Assembly (NCBI GenBank): GCA_030041735.1
Contig: JASIBA010000080.1
Span: 1-39,746, forward strand
Direction: 5' to 3'
Length of the DNA: 39,746 bases
Source of the DNA: Thermoplasmata archaeon
GTDB lineage: Archaea > Thermoplasmatota > Thermoplasmata > Lutacidiplasmatales > UBA184
This document shows positions 36,263 to 39,746 of the stretch, in pieces; positions within the stretch are counted from its first letter, which is position 1, and each line of letters opens with the position of its first letter. Under the pieces are notes generated by a model that searched no databases, was not told where the DNA came from, and saw only the letters and a program-made list of their open reading frames with translations. Made by a program: the position numbers and the translations under genes.

Positions 36263-36640
36263 TCAGCGCGAACCCGGCGGGACGACCCGCGCCTCGGTGA
36301 TGATGTACGGAGGCGGGGACCGCTTCCACAGGATCGCGAGGACGCCTCCGGCGAGGGTGAGGAGGAACCCGAGCACGAACCCGCCCAGCGCGACGAGGAT
36401 GCTGACGATCGCGCACACGATCGCCAGTGCCCCGAGCACGGAGTGACCCACCGGCACCGCGACCATCAGTACCCCGATCAGGATGACGAACAATCCGACG
36501 GCGAGCCCGAGGGTGAACACGATGCTGCCGAGCCCGAAGAGGGCGAAGACCGCTCCGATGAGCGCGAACACGACGCCGCCGATGAGGATGAAGAACCCGC
36601 CGAGGATCGTCAGGATGCCGGCGGCGACGGGGCGCTGCAT
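36263..36640 (-). CDS. Small membrane protein (about 4 TM, DUF6114-like)
   Basis: RPVAAGILTILGG...GGFVLGFLLTLAGGVLAILW. Confidence 0.8.
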   Translation of the reverse strand: MQRPVAAGILTILGGFFILIGGVVFALIGAVFALFGLGSIVFTLGLAVGLFVILIGVLMVAVPVGHSVLGALAIVCAIVSILVALGGFVLGFLLTLAGGVLAILWKRSPPPYIITEARVVPPGSR

Positions 36641-36746
36641 GTGCGGCCCCAGGGCCGCCGGGGGTAATAGGGCCGGGTCCCGGATCTCCTCGGATCCGGT
36701 CGCCGTGACCCGCGGACGTTAATCGGGCCAGGGCGATGGGCGCACC

Positions 36747-37733
36747 GTGCGGACGCGCACGCTCGGTCGACACGGTCCGCGGGTCTCCGCCGTGGGGCTC
36801 GGGTGCATGGGCATGTCGATGTCGTACGGTACGCCCGACGACGCGGAGTCGCGGGCGACGCTCGCGCGCGCGCTCGAGCTCGGGATCACGTTCTTCGACA
36901 CGGCCGATGTCTACGGACCGTTCACGAACGAGGCGCTCGTGGGTCGCGCCCTCCGGGATCACCGGGACGAGGTCGTCATCGCGACCAAATGCGGGCTCGT
37001 CCCGCCCGGCTCGGGCGCGAGCCGCCGCGTGGACGGCCGACCGGAACACATCCGCGAGGCCTGCGAGGCGAGCCTCCAACGGCTGGGGATCGACCGGATC
37101 GATCTGTACTACCTCCATCGGGTCGACCCCGAGGTGCCGATCGAGGAGAGCGTCGGCGAGATGGCCGAGCTCGTGCACGAGGGGAAGGTGCGCTACCTGG
37201 GGCTCTCGGAGGTGAGCGGTCCGACGCTCCGTCGAGCGCACGCGGTGCATCCCATCACCGCGGTCCAGAGCGAATATTCGCTCTGGACCCGGGATCCCGA
37301 GGACGGTGTGCTCCCCGTCTGCCGGGAGCTCGGCGTCGGGTTCGTCCCGTTCAGCCCCCTCGGGCGCGGGGTCCTGAGCGGCACGGTCCGCGATGTGGCC
37401 GGCCTGCCCGAGAACGACTTCCGACGTGGGCTGCCCCGGTATCAGGGCGAGAACTTCGCGAAGAATCTCGCCCAGGTGGACCGATTCGCCGCGCTGGCTC
37501 GCGAGCGCGGGTGCACGCCGGCCCAGCTCGCGCTCGCGTGGGTCCTCGCGCAAGGGGAGGATGTCGTCCCGATCCCCGGCACGAAGCGACGCACCTACCT
37601 CGAGCAGAACGTTGGAGCGGCCGATCTCTCGCTGTCCGCCGCCGACCGCGCGCGCATCGAGGAGCTGATCCCCAAGGGGTCCGCCACGGGCCCCCGGTAC
37701 CCCGCGGAGTCGATGCGTCTCGTGAACGCCTGA
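36747..37733 (+). CDS. Aldo/keto reductase
   Basis: [38 protein letters not shown] and IPGTKR. Confidence 0.96.
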   Translation: MRTRTLGRHGPRVSAVGLGCMGMSMSYGTPDDAESRATLARALELGITFFDTADVYGPFTNEALVGRALRDHRDEVVIATKCGLVPPGSGASRRVDGRPEHIREACEASLQRLGIDRIDLYYLHRVDPEVPIEESVGEMAELVHEGKVRYLGLSEVSGPTLRRAHAVHPITAVQSEYSLWTRDPEDGVLPVCRELGVGFVPFSPLGRGVLSGTVRDVAGLPENDFRRGLPRYQGENFAKNLAQVDRFAALARERGCTPAQLALAWVLAQGEDVVPIPGTKRRTYLEQNVGAADLSLSAADRARIEELIPKGSATGPRYPAESMRLVNA

Positions 37734-37944
37734 TCGACCATCCGCCCGAGGTGCCGGACCGTCCGGTCCATCGACCCGGAGGAGGTCCATCGGCCCGCCT
37801 CCTCACGTGCCGAACTCGACCGGCGGGGTTCGGAGGTCGGAGAGGAAGCGCCGGAACTGGGCCGGACCAACGACCACCGGCGAAGGTTCGGCGCGCATCC
37901 GAACGTTTATTCCCCATCCCGGCGAATTTCTATCAATTCCGGCT

Positions 37945-37978
37945 CGGCGCGGGACCTGCGCGACCAGGTCCCGCGCCG
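37945..37978 (+). promoter_or_regulatory. Perfect 14-bp hairpin/palindrome in the leader of the beta-propeller gene
   Basis: cggcgcgggacctg-cgcgac-caggtcccgcgccg, downstream of TTTATT (37906-37911). Confidence 0.6.
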
Positions 37979-37992
37979 TGGAACATGGATCT

Positions 37993-39746
37993 ATGGCGGC
38001 GAGCGGCAGTGGCCACTGGAGAGTTTTCGGCGCGGTCGGACTGGCGATGCTGATGGGGGTGGGCGTATTCTCGGTCCACCCGGGCGGAGGGGCACTCCCC
38101 CCGCCGGTCTCGGTCGGGACCCCCGGGGGCCCGATCGGCCCGCCGTCGCCCGATCCCGCCCCCGTCAACGAGTCGACGCTGGTCCTCTCCAACGACACGC
38201 TCGTGCCGGGGGACTTCGTCGCGGAGTCGTCCGACCTGCCGTCGCTCGAGACGTACGACCCGATCACCAACGAGGTCTTCGTGGAGAGCTTCTACGCGGA
38301 CGTGATCGACGTCGTGAGCGGGTCGTCGGACCGAGTCGTGGCCGCGATCCCCACAGGGGCCTATCCGAACACCCTCGCATACGACGCGCAGAACGACAAC
38401 GTCTACTTCGGCCTCCAGACCTACGACGAGGTGTCGGTCGTGAACGCCTCGACCGATCTGATCCAGCGGACGGTCGGGATCGGAGTCGAGCCGCTCGCGA
38501 TGGCCGCGGATCCGGTGAACGGCGACCTCTTCGTGACGGGCACCAACGCGAGCGGCGCGGCGTTCGTGGTGGTGCTCAACGGGTCGAGTGGCGTTGTAGA
38601 GAGTTCGTTCTCGCTCGGAACGGGCCGATTCCCGGTCGCGGGCCCGAACGGCATCGCGTACGATCCCGGGAACGGGAAGTTCTACGTGCCGTCGGTCCCC
38701 GAGGGCAATCCCGCGCCCGTGCACGGCAACCTGACCATCCTCAGCGCGTCGGAGGAGAAGGTCCTCTCGAACGTCGCGCTGACCTTCGACCCCTCGTCGG
38801 TCCTCTTCGGACCCGCCCAGCACGACCTCTACCTCGGCAACGAATCCGGATCCGATCTGGCGGTGTTCGACCCGGCCACGAAGGCGGTGATCGGGACGGT
38901 CACGCTCCCGGACCTGCCGACGATGCTCGCGTACGACTCCACGGACGGCGACCTCTTCGCCGGGCTCGCGGGGAACGTCTCGGTCGTCAGCACGTCCACC
39001 GACACGGTCGTGCACACGTTCCCGGTCCTGCGGAATCCGGACGGGCTCGCCTACGACCCGGTGAACGGCTACGTCTACGTATCCGACTACGTCTGGAACA
39101 ACCTCAGCGTGGTGAACGCTTCGAGCTACCGGGTCGTCACCTCCGCCCTCCTCGGGTCGGCGCCGTACAACATCGCCTTCGACGCCGCGAACGGGGACCT
39201 GTACGTGGGCGACCTTCTGTCGTCCCAGCTGATCGTCGTGAACGGAACGTCGAACCGGGTCGTGGGCTACGTCCCCCTCGGCGCGACCCCGTACGGGGTC
39301 GTGTACGACCCTCGCACGACCGACATCTACGTCGACGACTACTCGCTGGGCAACGTCGCGATCGTGAACGGGACCCGTGACCGGGTCGTGGGTCATCTGC
39401 CGGCGGGCATCGATCCGTGGGGCATCGCCTATGACGGGGCGAACCACGATCTCTACGTCACGAACCCCGGCTCGGACAACATCACGGTGCTGAATCCCGG
39501 CGCCCGGAAGGTCGTGACCACACTGGAGCTGAGCACGCCCCCGGGCGCGATCGCCTATGATCCCAAGAGCGCCACGATGTTCGTCGGGGAGTATGACACC
39601 GGGAACGTCTCTGTGCTCAACGCGCGGACCAACGCCCTCGTCCGCAATTCCACGAGCGGCAGCGAGGTCTACACGATCTCGGTCGACCCCGTCAACGGGC
39701 GGGTCTTCGTCGGGAACTACGGGTCGGCCAACGTCACCGTGCTGGG
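37993..39746 (+). CDS. Secreted YVTN/YncE-type beta-propeller surface protein; 3' end runs off the window
   Basis: Not in the ORF track. MAASGSGHWRVFGAVGLAMLMGVGVF signal, then repeats of about 42 aa such as PDGLAYDPVNGYVYVSDYVWNNLSVVN and PWGIAYDGANHDLYVTNPGSDNITVLN. Alternative start GTG 37978. Confidence 0.9.
   Translation, partial: MAASGSGHWRVFGAVGLAMLMGVGVFSVHPGGGALPPPVSVGTPGGPIGPPSPDPAPVNESTLVLSNDTLVPGDFVAESSDLPSLETYDPITNEVFVESFYADVIDVVSGSSDRVVAAIPTGAYPNTLAYDAQNDNVYFGLQTYDEVSVVNASTDLIQRTVGIGVEPLAMAADPVNGDLFVTGTNASGAAFVVVLNGSSGVVESSFSLGTGRFPVAGPNGIAYDPGNGKFYVPSVPEGNPAPVHGNLTILSASEEKVLSNVALTFDPSSVLFGPAQHDLYLGNESGSDLAVFDPATKAVIGTVTLPDLPTMLAYDSTDGDLFAGLAGNVSVVSTSTDTVVHTFPVLRNPDGLAYDPVNGYVYVSDYVWNNLSVVNASSYRVVTSALLGSAPYNIAFDAANGDLYVGDLLSSQLIVVNGTSNRVVGYVPLGATPYGVVYDPRTTDIYVDDYSLGNVAIVNGTRDRVVGHLPAGIDPWGIAYDGANHDLYVTNPGSDNITVLNPGARKVVTTLELSTPPGAIAYDPKSATMFVGEYDTGNVSVLNARTNALVRNSTSGSEVYTISVDPVNGRVFVGNYGSANVTVL

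Noticed and set aside
37765-37797. Short direct repeat ggtccatcg(a/g)cccg
   Set aside because: Only two copies with a 5-nt spacer; not CRISPR-like and no evident function.
1-39746. CRISPR array, rRNA, IS element or stop-codon recoding
   Set aside because: I saw no regularly spaced repeats, rRNA, transposase, or in-frame TGA/TAG read-through candidates.

Overview
A very GC-rich archaeal chromosome segment. The archaeal call rests on prefoldin beta, KEOPS Pcc1, ribosomal protein eL20/LX, a CCA-less tRNA-Gln with an A1-U72 pair, and TATA boxes about 21-35 nt upstream of mostly leaderless starts. The tricorn-factor-like aminopeptidase and tandem Lrp regulator suggest Thermoplasmatota, which is an inference. 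Most of the window is housekeeping: GGPP synthase, pfdB, pcc1, purB, queC, mscL, argS, a ThiI-like protein, a GMC oxidoreductase, a pst operon with a PstC-PstA fusion, cysC, an M1 aminopeptidase and an aldo/keto reductase. It is bracketed by two truncated surface-protein genes that the ORF track misses. The clearest accessory element is a roughly 3.1 kb integrase-free island at the 3' end of tRNA-Gln(TTG). It is delimited by two separate copies of the tRNA 3' sequence and carries a RelBE-like toxin-antitoxin pair, a membrane protein and a G1 glutamic peptidase frameshifted at a homopolymer. Other candidates for novelty are a membrane protein with a FYVE-like Cys8 finger, a highly structured intergenic element of about 240 nt next to a C2H2 microprotein, a ThiI lacking its PP-loop, and a TPR protein with a possible degenerate Mrr-like domain. 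All calls come from reading motifs by eye; no searches were run.
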